The notes below the pieces were generated by a model. That model ran no database searches and was not told where the DNA came from. It saw only the letters and a program-made list of their open reading frames with translations. This document shows, in pieces, positions 9,851 to 21,699 of a DNA stretch of 38,370 nucleotides; within the stretch, counting starts at the first letter, position 1, and each line of letters starts with the position of its first letter. Origin of the DNA: Chiloscyllium plagiosum (Eukaryota); the NCBI RefSeq assembly GCF_004010195.1, contig NC_057718.1:43842280-43880649 (forward strand), in the 5' to 3' direction. Made by a program: the position numbers and the translations under genes.

Positions 9851-10434
9851 TAGATAACCAGGAGATTTAGACTCTTCTCGGAAAAGAAATATAACCAGAA
9901 AATGAGAATCTCCTCAGTTCATGAATTCACTCCAAGCTGGCTGGCCACAGCCAGTGTACTGTGCACAAGTAAATAAAGGGTGATTTGGTGACGGGATACC
10001 AGCTTCTGTGCAGTCATTTCAGAATACAAAATGAAATTTGCAAAGGATATCAAAACTAACACGATTCTTTACAAATATATTAGAGAAAAGGGACAATTTG
10101 AAATGGCTTCAGCTATTTTAACAGACTTGTTGAAAAATTGCTTTATATCCATCCTTACAGACAGACAAAGGACAATATAGCTAACAGTCCAAAGAATAAT
10201 GAGTCAAGAATTGGAGCACACTAAGGTTGATGTTAATTAAGTACTGAAAAAGGTAATGTACTAATAGCTGATAAATTCTTAGGAACTGACAGTTTATTTC
10301 TCAGGTGAGGAAAGTTGGTGAGGAAATTGCAGATTTATTTTTTGTCATAATCATCTAAAATTTTCTTGATTCAAGAATTGTCACTCTATATTGGAAAAAT
10401 GGAAATGTTACTCCATAAACCAAGAATGTTTTGT

Positions 10435-10572
10435 GCATTATTCATGGACTATCAGTGGTATGGTCAGCATTTATGGTCCATCTCTAACTACCTTTGAGAA
10501 GGTAGTGAGCTGTCTTGATAAATCGTAGCAATCTGTATAGTGAAGGTATTAACAGTTCTGTTAAGTGGGGGA
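10435..10572 (-). mobile_element. Old retroposon 3' end fragment (same family as 18262-18420)
   Basis: cagcatttatggtccatctctaactacctttgagaaggtagtgagctgtcttga is homologous to 18305-18357. Confidence 0.5.
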
Positions 10573-10791
10573 AAATGATCTCAATGAGCTCTGTGAGCAA
10601 CCCAAAATTCCATGCAGATCATTCACAAATCAGACCCTACATATCACCATATCTACTCAGCCATGCTAACATATCTTAACATACTGCAATAAATAAGGCA
10701 CGCACAAGTATATTTTCTCATGACTTCTGTAAGGTAAGAATTTCTTCAGTTAGCAGAAACATCAATAAGTTAAGAGAGAATAAGTGAGCAT

Positions 10792-10894
10792 GATCGTAAC
10801 CTCAACAACCATCTGATGAAGGAACAGTGCTCCGAAAGCTAGTGCTTCCAACTAAACCTGTTGGACTATAGTCTAGTGTTGTGTGATTTTTAAC
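10792..10894 (+). mobile_element. Single-arm PLE derivative (family B)
   Basis: Matches right arm of 3615-3814; aagttaagaga repeated near both ends. Confidence 0.75.
10810..10844 (+). ncRNA. Minimal hammerhead ribozyme motif with intact core
   Basis: CAT-CTGATGA-A-GGAAC(AGT)GCTCC-GAAA-GCTA-GTG. Confidence 0.7.
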
Positions 10895-11727
10895 AAAGTT
10901 AAGAGAAGCATTTTGAGATATTCTGAAAGTATGTGTGGTGTTGTGGAACAGTGAACACATACTGTATGCGTAACTCCTTTATAGAAACACAGAAATATTC
11001 TTGGAAAATATTTCTTATGCTAGGCAGTACACTTCTTATCTTGTTCAACAAAGTATTATAAGAAATATTGCCTTCAGAAGTACCCAGCCATGCAGAATTC
11101 AACTGGGACTTTCTGCTAGCTTCATTCATCTACTTCAATGCTAAATAAATTCTTCATTTTACCTCCAGTTGTATGTGCAAATCACTTGGCACAGACCAAT
11201 TCTTCCTTAATTATCGGCTACTTCCTAATGAATTCCACCACCAGTTTTATATTAATTTGTTCTTAGCTGTTTTTATACACCTTTTTCCCACTTATTTGTT
11301 CAACATTGTGAAGGGTTCAAATACTAAGGCAAGTATATCATCATTAGGAAGCCGGCAGCAGGAGCATAAATTAGAGCTTTTTTGGTACCATAAAGGGCAA
11401 ACATTTCTAAATGGTATGAGAAAAAATTTCATACTGTTCTTGAGAAAGAATGATTTAAGTTTTGTCAACAAAATAGGCAAATGGAATTTTGATGTACTTA
11501 AAAAGCATGTAGTCTACAGACCTTTGTGTATTCTGAAATAACTTTAATTTATGTACTGATTTTGAAATTGTGTTGTAGTAACATTTACATTTATTTGTCT
11601 AAAATTCCTCTGACCACTACTTTAGCAAAGGTGTTAATTAATTTATTACAAAAAGGGAAGAATTTCCATTTAAATAGACCCTCTATTATCATAAAGTGCT
11701 CTACATCGAGTGAAGTGTTTCAATGAA

Positions 11728-11826
11728 GTGTAATCACTGAATAATCATGGGAGTAAAATACAGCAGCCAACACAGCGAGACCCAACAGCTGTGATAGACG
11801 ATCTTCAGGCAAGGCTATGTCCACTT
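11728..11826 (+). pseudogene. USH2A-like pseudoexon (exon 36-like)
   Basis: Starts (G)VITE* (human GVITSY) and ends LQA..PL|gtaag (human VQACTAKGCALGPL|) with an intact GTAAG donor at 11827; internal deletions. Confidence 0.55.
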
Positions 11827-11901
11827 GTAAGATTTCATTATTCCAAAATGGGATAAAGAGGAAAACAGGATATGACTCAAGTGCTCCTGCCCTAATCCTG
11901 T

Positions 11902-12000
11902 AACATGGTCGTGTTAAGCTCTCAGGAGAAAGAGGTAGGTTGCAAACCTGCATGCAACAATCCCAATGCTATTCGCTCCATTGCAGGGGTGTACTTTCAG
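11902..12000 (+). pseudogene. USH2A-like pseudoexon (exon 37-like)
   Basis: NMVVLSSQEKEVGCKPACNNPNAIRSIAGVYF vs human NVFVKTQGSRKAHVRWEAPFRPNGLL..TGIFY. Confidence 0.4.
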
Positions 12001-12081
12001 ATACCCAAAATTTTTCATGGAGTTGAGATGGCTTCTGATAGCTTCTAAAGGAGGTGTGGTTCATGCTATCTCAGGCAAGTC

Positions 12082-13372
12082 ATAAAACATAGAACATAGA
12101 ACAGAACAGTGCAGAACTGGCCCTTCGGCTCTCAGTATTGCGCCGACCTGTGAACTAATCTAACCTATCCCTCTACACTATCCCATCATCATCCAAGGAT
12201 TGTTTAAATCTCCCAAATGTGGCTGAGGTAATTACATTGGCAGGCAGGGTATTTCACGCCCGTACGACTCTCTGAGTAAAGAATCTGCCTCTGACATCTG
12301 TCTTAAATCTATCACCCCTCAATTTGTAGCTATGTCCCCTCATACAAGCTGAAATCATCATTCTAGGAAAAAGACATCCACTATCTATCCTATCCTCTGA
12401 TCATCTTGTATGTCTCTATCAAATTCCCTCTTAGCCTTCTTCTTTCCAATGAGAACAGGTTCAAGTCTCTCAGCCTTTCCTCATAAGACCTTCCTTCCAG
12501 ACCAGGCAACATCCTGGTAAATTTCCTCAGCACCTTTTCCAATACTTCCACATCCTTCCTGTAATGGGGCAACCAGAACTGTACACAATATTCAAGTGCA
12601 GCCGCACTAGCATTTTGTATAGTTGCAGCATGACATTACGGCCCTGGAACTCAATTCCTCTACCAATGCAACCTAACACACTATATGACTTCTTAACAGC
12701 ACTATCAACCTGGGTGGCAACTTTCGGGGATCGATGTACATGGACTCCAAGATCCCTCAACCCTCCACACTACCAAGAATCTTTCCATTGACCCAGTATT
12801 CTGCCTTCCTGTTATTCTTCCCAAAGTGAATCACCTCACATTTATCTGCAGTGAATTCCATTTGCCACCCCTCAGCCCAATTCTGCAGATTACCCAATTC
12901 CCCCTGCAACCTTTTTCCACACTGTCCACTACTCCAGCGACTTTAGTGGCAACTTACTAACCCATTCACCTATGCCTGCGTCCTAGTCATTTATAAAAAT
13001 GACAAACAACAGTGGTCCCAAAACAGATCCTTGTGACACACCACTAGCAACTGGACTCCAGGCTGAAAATTTTCCATCAACTACCACTCTCTGCCTTCTT
13101 ACAGAAAGCCAGTTTCTAATCCAAACTGCTAAATCACCCTCAATCCCATGCCTCTGCATTTTCTCCAACAGCCTACCATGTGGAACCTTATCAAATGCTT
13201 TACTGAAGTCCATGTACAACATGTCAACTGCCCTACCTTCATTCACATACTTGGTCATCTTCTCAAAAAACTCAATGAGGTTTGTAAGACATGACCTGCT
13301 CTTGACGAAATCATGTTGGCTATCTGCAATCAAATTGTTACTTGCTAGATGATTATGAATCCTATCATGAGC
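12082..13372 (-). mobile_element. CR1 LINE, RT region to 3' tail
   Basis: ORFs [46 protein letters not shown]; tandem tail catagaa at 12088-12101. Confidence 0.97.
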
Positions 13373-13544
13373 CATGGGGGAGTTCTAAATAGATAATTTT
13401 AAAGGTTTTGCTAACTTTACATGTTATAATGTAACATGTCATAAGTTAAGCATGTTTTTGATGCAATGATTGTTAGGGTTTGTTTAGTAAAGGTAAATAA
13501 CAATTAAATTGACCAGATTTGACCAAATTGACTGGTATAGGTCT

Positions 13545-15355
13545 GAGGCAATGGACAAGCTGCTATATGACAGCTTGGAGATTGTGGACTGGTCCATACT
13601 CAAGAACTCAGCAGCCAGCTTAATGAGTATGTCACAGACTTCACCAGTAAGTGTGTAGAGGACTGCCTGCCAAAGAAGTTAATCAGAGTGTTCCTCAATC
13701 AAAAACAATGGATGAATCAGAAAATCCACTTCCTACTGAAATCCAGGTCTGAGGCATTCATGTCAGGTGACCCTGACCTATACAGGAAATCTAGGTACGC
13801 AGAACCATCAAGGATGCCAGAATAAACTAGAATCCCAGACTAAGTACACAATCAGACGTCAACTGTGGCAAGGTTTACATGATATAAAGGGCTACAAAGT
13901 GAAGCCAGGTAGAGTCACTGATAACAATGCATCTCTCCCTGATAAGCTCAATGTATTCTCTGCTCATTTTAAACAGTGAAATTATGTCACCTGTCCCAGC
14001 AGCCGTGGGTGCATCTGTACCCACGGGCACCACCACAGACGTCAGATCAGCCTCCTTGAGGGTGAATCCATGGAAAGCGACTGGCCTGGATGGAATCCCC
14101 ACCGTGCACTCAGATCCAATGCAAACCAGTTGGCAGGAGTATTTGTAGACATCTTTAACCTCTCCTTACTATATTGTGATGTTCCCACTTGCTTCAAGAA
14201 GACTGCTATCATCCCGGTGCCAAAGATAAATCAGGCAACCTGCCTTAATATCTACTGCATGGTGGCTCTGACATCCATCATTAAGAAGTGCTTTGAGAAG
14301 TTAATAATGGCACGCATCAATTCCAGCCTCCCAGGTTGCCTTAATCTGCTACAATTTGCCTATTGTCACAATTGGTCCATAGCAGACGCCATCTCCCTGG
14401 TCCTACATTCTGGATAACAATGAAACATGAGCCAGACTCCTATTTATAGACTTTAGTTCCACCTTCAACACCATAATTCTAATAAAACTCATCTCCAAAC
14501 TCCAAGACCTCGGACACTGCTCTGCCTGTTTGCAACTGGATCCTTGACTTCCTGACCCACAGATCACAATCAGGAAGGGTAGGTGACAACACCTTCCCCA
14601 CAGTGATCCTCATCACCAGTGCCGTGCAAGGCTGTATACTCAGCCCTTTACTATACTCCTTATACACTCACAACTAAGTAGCCAAATTCAGCTCTAACTC
14701 TATTTACAAATTTGCTGATGACACCACCACAGTGGATTGGATCTCAAACAATGACAAGACGGACTACAGGAAAAAGGTAGAGCGCTTAGTGGCATGGTAT
14801 AAAGACAACATTTTTCCCTCAGTATCAGCAAAATGGAGGAACTAGTCATCGACTTCGGGAAGTAGAGTGACTGTCTGTAGTGAATGGTGCCGAGGTGTAG
14901 GTAGTCATGAGCTTCAAGTTCCTAGGAGTAAATTTCACCAACGGTCTGTCCTGGTGTATCAATGCTACAGTCAAGAAATCACACCAACACCTCTACTTCC
15001 TCAGAAAGGTTAGGAAATTCAGAATGTCCACAATGACTCTTACCAAGGACCCCTCCCACACCAGTTATACTTTCTTCCACCCTCTTCCATCAGACAGAAG
15101 ATACAAAAGTTTGAAAATATGTACCACCAGACTTAAGCACAGCTTCTTCCCCACTGTTATCCGACTTAAGAATAGACCTTTCAAAAATTAGAGTTGATTT
15201 TCTCTGCATCTTCTCTGTAGCTGAAACATTGTATTCTGCTTTCTGCTCCATTACCCTAATGTGCTTAAGTAAGGTATGATTTGTCTGGTTAGCATGCAAA
15301 TCAGTACTTTTCACTGTATCTTGGTACCTGCAGCATTAATGAATCAAATCAAAAA
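13545..15355 (+). mobile_element. Rex1/Babar-type LINE, 5'-truncated, degenerate RT
   Basis: KATGLDGIP, QLAGVFVDIFNLSL..VPTCFKKTAIIPVPK, DFSSTFNTI, QGCILSPLLYSLYTH, KFADDTT, LYFLRK..KF; tail atcaaatcaaa. Confidence 0.85.
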
Positions 15356-16104
15356 ATTGTGAAAATGGAAATATCTTCAGATGGATTAGATTAACTTATC
15401 CAATGGTTAAGTGCTCTTCATCATTGAATTGCACCAGGATTTAACTTTTATACCTGCCCTCTGATCTTTTCATTGTTAAAATAGTCAGCCATCTGTTCAG
15501 CCCTTGATGCAGTGGACTGATCTGTTCCTCTACCTCAAAGGCTTTAATGTGTTTACCTCTGAAGGCTTTGGCACAGTTGGTAAAACAATAGAATGTCATT
15601 GTGAATGTTTGGCTTATTTCTAAACATCATGAATGGTTTCAGTTCAGTGGAGTCTTTTGTTACAGCTGCTAAGCTGCTGTAAACTCAACTTAGGCTGATG
15701 ATCTCTCAAGACATATATGTTTTTTTTAAAAGTAGTTCTTGAAAGATTGTTGTTGGTTTATCTTAACTTTGAGTTCCTCAGTGTTTCTTTTAAGTGGAGT
15801 TTGAACAGATGATTGCTTCTTCTGATAGTTTTATGAGAATTTTAAATATATTATCATACGGCTCATGAGTTTTACTCAGCAGTGAGTGGGCGATGAAGAT
15901 GAGATGGGTAAGTAGGCAAGGGATGCTAGTGGGGATGCCTATGTACCCATGTACAGAACTGTGTCAGAATCCAATGAATAGAAGGGGATGTTGTAACTTC
16001 CTGCTTTGGTGTCTGCTTGCCTCTGTTCTCCCTCAGCCTTACTTTGTGAGGTGGTGGCTCTGACTCCAGCCCATTGCTACTATCCTTCTATAGAAATAGT
16101 ATGA

Positions 16105-16248
16105 GTAATGGTGAAGTCGCCATAGCCTTACCAGATCTTAGGGCTGCTTCCTCATTGCAGAGGGGATGACTGATGGTGTTTTAACCTGAGGATCACCATA
16201 CCTTAAGTGAGAGGAGAGGCTGAGAAAGTGAGCCAGTCATGGTAACCT
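16105..16248 (-). mobile_element. SINE-like repeat fragment; second copy in opposite orientation at 23150-23256
   Basis: 16108-16215 aligns with the reverse complement of 23150-23256. Confidence 0.6.
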
Positions 16249-16269
16249 CTGCCTGTAGGCACTGCCAGG

Positions 16270-16425
16270 CAGAAAGTGGGATTGTGACATTGAAAATCCT
16301 TCCAATTTGTGATTTTTGCCCCAAAAAGGGAAAATCGAACCCAAGACTACCATCTCATCTGGGTGATGAAATGACCAGTAGTGCAGCATTTCTTCAGTAC
16401 TGCACTGTTCTTTCTTGAAAATAGT
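16270..16425 (-). mobile_element. Degenerate DeuSINE-type fragment
   Basis: Minus strand cagtgcagtactgaagaaatgctgcact..cagatgagatg resembles the recalled Deu-domain consensus. Confidence 0.5.
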
Positions 16426-16509
16426 TTCTAACCCAGTGATAAGAGAGCAACCATCGAATATAAGTGCGCATGAGATTGTTCTGCTAAAATAATTGAAAAG
16501 GAGTTCAGA

Positions 16510-17003
16510 CTGCAAATTGGAAAGGATGGAGAAAAGGTTTATAAGGGTGTTACCAGAACTGGAGGGTTTGAGTTATAAGAGAAGGGTGAATAGGCTGGGA
16601 CCATTTTCACTGAAGCATAGCGGCTTGAGGGGTGACCTTATAGAGGTTTACAAAATCATGAGGGGAATAGATAAGGTGAATAGCAGATGTCTTTCCCAAA
16701 GGTAGGGGAGTTTAAAACTAGATGGCATATTTTAAGGTGAGAAGAGGGATTTAAAACAGACCTGAGGTGCAATGTTTTCACAGTGGTTTGCATGTGGAAT
16801 GAACTGCCAGGGGCAGTGGTCGAGTGAGGTACAGTTACCACATATAAAAGCCATATGGACAGATACATGAATAACAAAGGTTTGGAGGGATATGGGGCAA
16901 ATGCAGGCAAATGGGATTAGTTTAGTTTGGGAAACCTGGTTGGTATGGATGAATTGGACCTGAAGGGTCTATTTTTGTGCTATGTGACTATATGACTCTA
17001 TGA
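16510..17003 (+). mobile_element. CR1 3' fragment
   Basis: LRGDLIEVYKIMRGIDKV; tail ctatgactctatga. Confidence 0.95.
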
Positions 17004-17067
17004 TACATCTGTGCAGTGTTCATAGCTCTAATGCCTACTGACATGGTCCTGGTGCATTTCCTTAAAG

Positions 17068-17200
17068 ACGAGAAACTGTTTCTTCAATCTGACTTGATGG
17101 GTACAGCTAAGGCACTTTTATGTATGAAACATCCAATAGGGTCTTGACTTTGATCTACAACTTTACAAATATGCTCTTAGTGACAGAATCTGTAAAAGAA
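17068..17200 (+). pseudogene. USH2A-like pseudoexon (exon 38-like)
   Basis: tttccttaaag acceptor; ETSNRVL..DLQ(fs)FTN(fs) vs human EETNLWVLIDGLVPFTNY. Confidence 0.55.
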
Positions 17201-17488
17201 AATGAAAAGCTTTCTTCCAATATTGTTTTGAAACATTTGATCTAAAATCAGACCTATTCAAGTCAATGTCAAATTTGATTATTTGAAACAACTACCCCTA
17301 ATAATTATTGTCATATTGCTAAATTAATTTCATCTGTTAAAATGACAAATTACATTAATCCAAACACAGGTGATTAAAATCTGATAGTTATTTCAGGAAA
17401 GATATGACACTTTGGAAACTTAATTCAGCTGCAAGTGGGCATGATCCAATGCAAAATTATAATTTATCAGCATGTTTAGATCTCTAAG

Positions 17489-17595
17489 CTCAGATTGAAG
17501 TTTAATCTTAGTACCATGTAATAGTAACGTCCTTGTAGGTCATGTGGGCATCAGCTGTAGCTCAATTGAGATATCTATTTGGATACTAGACTATT
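17489..17595 (+). pseudogene. USH2A-like pseudoexon (exon 39-like)
   Basis: aag|CT-CA-GAT start (human ag|CT CCA GAT = APD); TSL*VMWAS at 17527-17553 vs human TSLQVVWST; RY motif downstream. Confidence 0.7.
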
Positions 17596-17669
17596 GCATT
17601 GAAGTGACATTAACATTTCTGAGACCACAGATGATACTTGCCTGACAGGAAGCTTTAAAACAAAAAAAA

Positions 17670-19040
17670 TGTAAAGTACTCAGGGAACTATAGGGTCATT
17701 GGTTTGACATCATCAATAAGAACACATTTTAAGGGCATCATTAACAATACAGTACATGATTCTTTAGATAGAGGGCTCATATTTGAGACTCTCAAAAACA
17801 GCTTCAAAGAGAGATGATGTATTACAAATCTGATTTCTTTTAAAAGAAGTCAGCATGATCTTAGGTGATTGAACCTTAGGCATTGTTTATTAAGCCTTCC
17901 AGAATTTCTGTTTCAGAAGGTATCGGGCAAGAGGCTTATCTAAATGATCAAAGCCTTTGTACGGTAATAGATTGTACTGGATTGAAATCTGCCTGGAAGG
18001 CTGTATGCAGATTTTGTTATAGGCAGATGTTGTTGCATAGCGAGCTCCAATGTACCAAAGGAAACAGTATTGGGTGTATTGGTCTTTTTTCACTATTCTG
18101 ATGAATTATGATAAATGTAGATGCAAGCTTTGAAGTGACATTAACATTTCTGAGATCATAGATGATACTTGCCTGCTTTAGGAAGATCTTGATGTGTTGA
18201 ATATTTGAACTCGTAGCTGCAAAATAATGTTTAACTTGGAAAAATGCAGTGCTCAGGGTGTTTGTTTTTATTCATTGCTGTATTCTGGGCATCACTACCT
18301 CGACAAGCATATCCATAATTGCCCTGGTGAAAGTGATGGTGAGCTGCCTTCTTGAACCAGTGCAGTCCTTGGGATGGAGGGACACCCAAATGCTTTTAGG
18401 AAGGGTGTTAAAATACCAATGAAGGCATGTGGCAACGTTAAAGTTAAATACAAATAAGCTTTCAGGGTAAGTCATTGAAGTAGGTGGAGAAAGGAAATGA
18501 TTTGGATGTTTTAATGTGTATATCTCTAAATGTTCATGAACAATGATGGAAAGTATTAGCTAGAAGTAAATGAGTACATCCAATTAACAATTGACTGTAA
18601 TGCAAAAATGACAAGACCATTGTCAGGCATCATTTAGAATATTATACACATAAAAACAAGAGCAGAAATTGCTGGAAAAACTCAGCAGGTCTGGCAGTAT
18701 TTGTGGAGAGAAATCAGAGTTATTGCTTTGGGTCCAGTGACCCTTCATTAGAGGGCCCTGTGTTCTGAGGAAGGATCACTGGACCCGAAATATTAACTGT
18801 GATTTCTCTCCACAGAATGCTGTCTGCTGAGTTTTTTTGTTTCATTTTGCAACAGTTCTGTTTTTGTTTCTGATAGCCAGCATCCACAGTTCTTTCAGTT
18901 TTTATTTAGAATATTACGTCTAGTTTGGACTTCTCCCATGGTTGATGATATTGAGGGTCTGGAAAGAATACAATGGAGAACTGCTAGGTTAACACATCAT
19001 TTGAACCATCTTAGTTATGAAGACTGAATAAAAGAGTTAG
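17670..19040 (+). mobile_element. Very old CR1/L2-like RT remnants with nested inserts
   Basis: NYRVIGLTS, C.TNL, HLEYY..VWT..DIE.LERIQ motifs. Confidence 0.5.
18645..18903 (-). mobile_element. Fold-back PLE derivative (family C) with hammerhead-like core
   Basis: 13-bp TSD atttagaatatta (18632-18644, 18904-18916); inverted arms; CTGAGGA-A-GGATC(ACTG)GACCC-GAAA at 18765-18790. Confidence 0.75.
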
Positions 19041-19418
19041 AATTCACATCACATCTATTCACTCATCAGTCCTGCGCTCACTGACCACTGTTGGCTACCA
19101 AACATGCAACACATTGACTTTAAAATTTTAATTCTCATTCATAAATCCCTCTGCACTTTCTGTTTCTCTAATATTTGCAGCATAACAAAAATTCTCATAA
19201 AGTACAATGATGTAGCTGATCACATGTCTGATATCAGTAAGAAAGAACAGATCAGTCTAGAATGAGTATGTGAAGAGTGAGATCTTATACACTACAATGA
19301 AGAGCTATATTTGATAACCTGCTCGATACAGATATTGATAAAGAAGTGCTGTGAAGCATAGGGAGTTGAATGACCTCACTTAGTGTTAAGGAGCAAACAG
19401 TCTCTGGAACAGTGTATG

Positions 19419-19431
19419 TGGAGACCCCCAC
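19419..19431 (+). other. Putative tRNA-Trp primer-binding site
   Basis: TGGAGACCCCCAC vs PBS-Trp TGGTGACCCCGAC (11/13), between 5' LTR and gag. Confidence 0.45.
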
Positions 19432-20143
19432 AGCCCAGATATACTCTTGACCGGTACGCCACTGTGCAGGTAACACTATTGGCTTAAAGATAAAACTTAG
19501 TGGCAATGATGGAAAACAGCTCCAGAACCGGAACCAGAGTCCAAGGCTGAAAAGAAGAGAATTTGAAAGCAAGACAAGACTTGGAAGGCTCTGGGGGGGA
19601 TAAAATAGGCTGGAAAAGGAGGAAACTCCAAAGGTAGGAGACGTATATTATACAGCTACTGCGCAAGATGACTCCATACAGTAGGGACACAAACTTTAAA
19701 AGATTTTGAAACCCAGTCTCAAATCGACAATACTCTGAAGAATAAAAAGACAGGATTGAACTCTTTAACAGCAAGAAGGAAAAACCCAAATGATCTCCCA
19801 GGTTAGTCAGGTGCAATATTCCACAGGAATAACAACTGCGGTAAAAACTTTACCATGACCTCAATGACTTTACAATGCAGAAGGCCTACAACAAAGCCAG
19901 AGGTGGGAAATTTGGAAGTGGCTGTGATGTTCAATATAATAGCTGCAGGCTTACATGAGAAGTAATAGCATCATCAAGTCAATGCAATTTTTCATGCCAT
20001 AGCTTCAGAAGCTGGCGCTGTGGAGTATGCTACATTGATTAGTTTAGCCACGAAAGACATTTAGTGAGAGAACAGGTGAGATTAAATCAGAGGTCTAAGT
20101 ATTTGGGAGAGTCAATCAATGTCTTTTTAGTAGATGTTTAACA

Positions 20144-20712
20144 TAGAGTCATAGAGATGTACAGCATGGAAACAGACCCTTTGGTCCAACTTGTCCATGC
20201 CAACCAGATATCCTATATTAATCTAGTTCCATTTGGCATCACTTAGCCCATATCCCTTTAAACCCTTCCTATTCATATATCCATCCAGATGCCTTTTAAA
20301 TGTTGTAATTGTACCAGCCTCCACCACTTCCTCTGGCAACTTATTCCATACACATACCACCCTCTGCATGAAAAAGTTGCCCCTTAGATCCCTTTTAAAT
20401 CTTTCCCCTCTCACCTTAAACAAATGCCCTCTAGTTCTGGACTCCCTCACCCCAGAGAAAAGACCTTGTCTATTTATCCTATTCTTGCCCCTCATGATTT
20501 TATAAATCTCTTTAAGTTCACCTCTCAGGCTCTGATGCTTCAGGGAAAAACAGTCCCAGCCTATTCAGCCTCTCCCTATTGCTCAAACCCTCCAACCCTG
20601 GCAACATGCTTGTAAATCTTTTCTGAACCCTTTCAAGTTTCTAATCTAATCTAATCTAATCTAATCTAATCTAATCTAAATCTTTTCTGAACCCTTTCAA
20701 GTTTCACAATAT
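20144..20712 (-). mobile_element. CR1 3' fragment inserted in Gypsy gag
   Basis: TRGHLFKVRGERFKRDLRGNFFMQRVV..WN.LP; tail catagagtcatagag. Confidence 0.97.
20642..20676 (+). repeat. (TAATC)7 microsatellite flanked by a perfect 29-bp direct repeat
   Basis: taaatcttttctgaaccctttcaagtttc at 20613-20641 and 20677-20705. Confidence 0.95.
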
Positions 20713-21699
20713 CTGTCAGAACATTGTAGTACCAGATCTATGAAGGGTGAATTAATTAGATGGTGTATTGTCATTGGTCTGAGGAATGAGAAGCCAGCAG
20801 ATTTCCCTCAATCCAAGGGGCATTTTTTATTGGAGCAGGGAATCCATTTTCCTACACAGGCAGAAATCAAAACAAAAAAATTAGCTAATACTGTGATAAA
20901 ACATCGAATTTCATCCAATATATTCAAATGTGTAGGGCCCCAAATGGAGTTGTCATTCTCCTGAAAGTCCAGCAGATTGGCAAAGAGCAGGACTCAACAT
21001 CATTGACCATACTAAGTTGTGCAAACGTGGGTCCAAGTAGAATCACATGTACAATAAATGTCCAGGAAGGGGAGCTGAGGTGTGATCAGACTGGTCAGTT
21101 GGGCTACTTCTTAAAATGGTGTAGATTAATGGCATGTTCACCACCTCAAAAGTAAAAAAAAATTCTGTTAAAGAAAAATTCCCTGAAAAATGGAAATTAT
21201 ACAACAAAGAAAATGTTCAAGAAGATACAGAACCAAGAAGTAAAAGCAACATTCCAGAGTAAGTCAAAGAAGGTCAAAATAGATTTTAAACAGAATAGTT
21301 GATATAGGAACAGCCGTTTTATGACTGATAGACAATTGCCATGGCTGAAGACTGAGACTCAGACTAATAAAGATAAAATGCCATGGTCCAGATCTTTAGG
21401 TGCCTGAGCAAACCACCCCATTGCTTAATCACGGAAGACAAAGCATCATTGAACTACTATATATACTGAGTAATCAGAATGCTTCATAATTGAGCAGAAA
21501 TGGATGAATTTACCTAAGCATCTTAGAGAGAATCAATGCAATGCTTCAGATTGAAGAGGGGAAAATGTTTTGGAAAGATTTTACAATCCTATTTAAAGTT
21601 TTGAGTGATAAATCCATACTGCAGCTTTTCAAGTTGGCATTATTACTCATTGTAAGATGTTTTGCTATTGTCTACTTTCCAGGTAGGCATCCATATATC

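Larger units (their letters stand above)
6062..10021 (+). mobile_element. Short (~220 bp) solo-LTR-like element expanded to 4 kb by internal insertions
   Basis: 6062-6168 matches the 5' half and ~9890-10021 the 3' half of the uninterrupted copy at 23431-23651; ends TTTCA; AATAAA near 9972; flanks ggat/gaat as 4-bp TSD with one mismatch. Confidence 0.7.
5770..10425 (+). mobile_element. Old CR1 ORF2 fragment (5770-6061 joined to 10022-10425), split by the LTR/Tx1 cluster
   Basis: Flanks rejoin as KKQVRAE..Y.MKFAKDIKTN..FYKYIR; downstream DSRIVTLYWK.GNVTP resembles the CR1 G.VP.DWK.ANVTP motif. Confidence 0.7.

Noticed and set aside
6155..9903. CRISPR-like repeat-spacer array built on TGTAACCAGGAGAT
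   Set aside because: Eukaryotic context, no cas genes, repeat only 14 nt, spacers range from ~25 to ~1000 nt and are mostly LINE 3' ends with A-tails; better explained as target-site duplications.
12564..13352. Plus-strand ORFs here and at 20233, 26851, 27463, 28297 and 38159
   Set aside because: Antisense shadows of CR1 or Penelope coding sequence.
15360..15680. Alternative usherin exon 37 or 40-like snippets (RW..NG, NVF, NGFSS)
   Set aside because: Only 2-3 residue matches in mixed frames; better candidates exist at 11902 and 33144.
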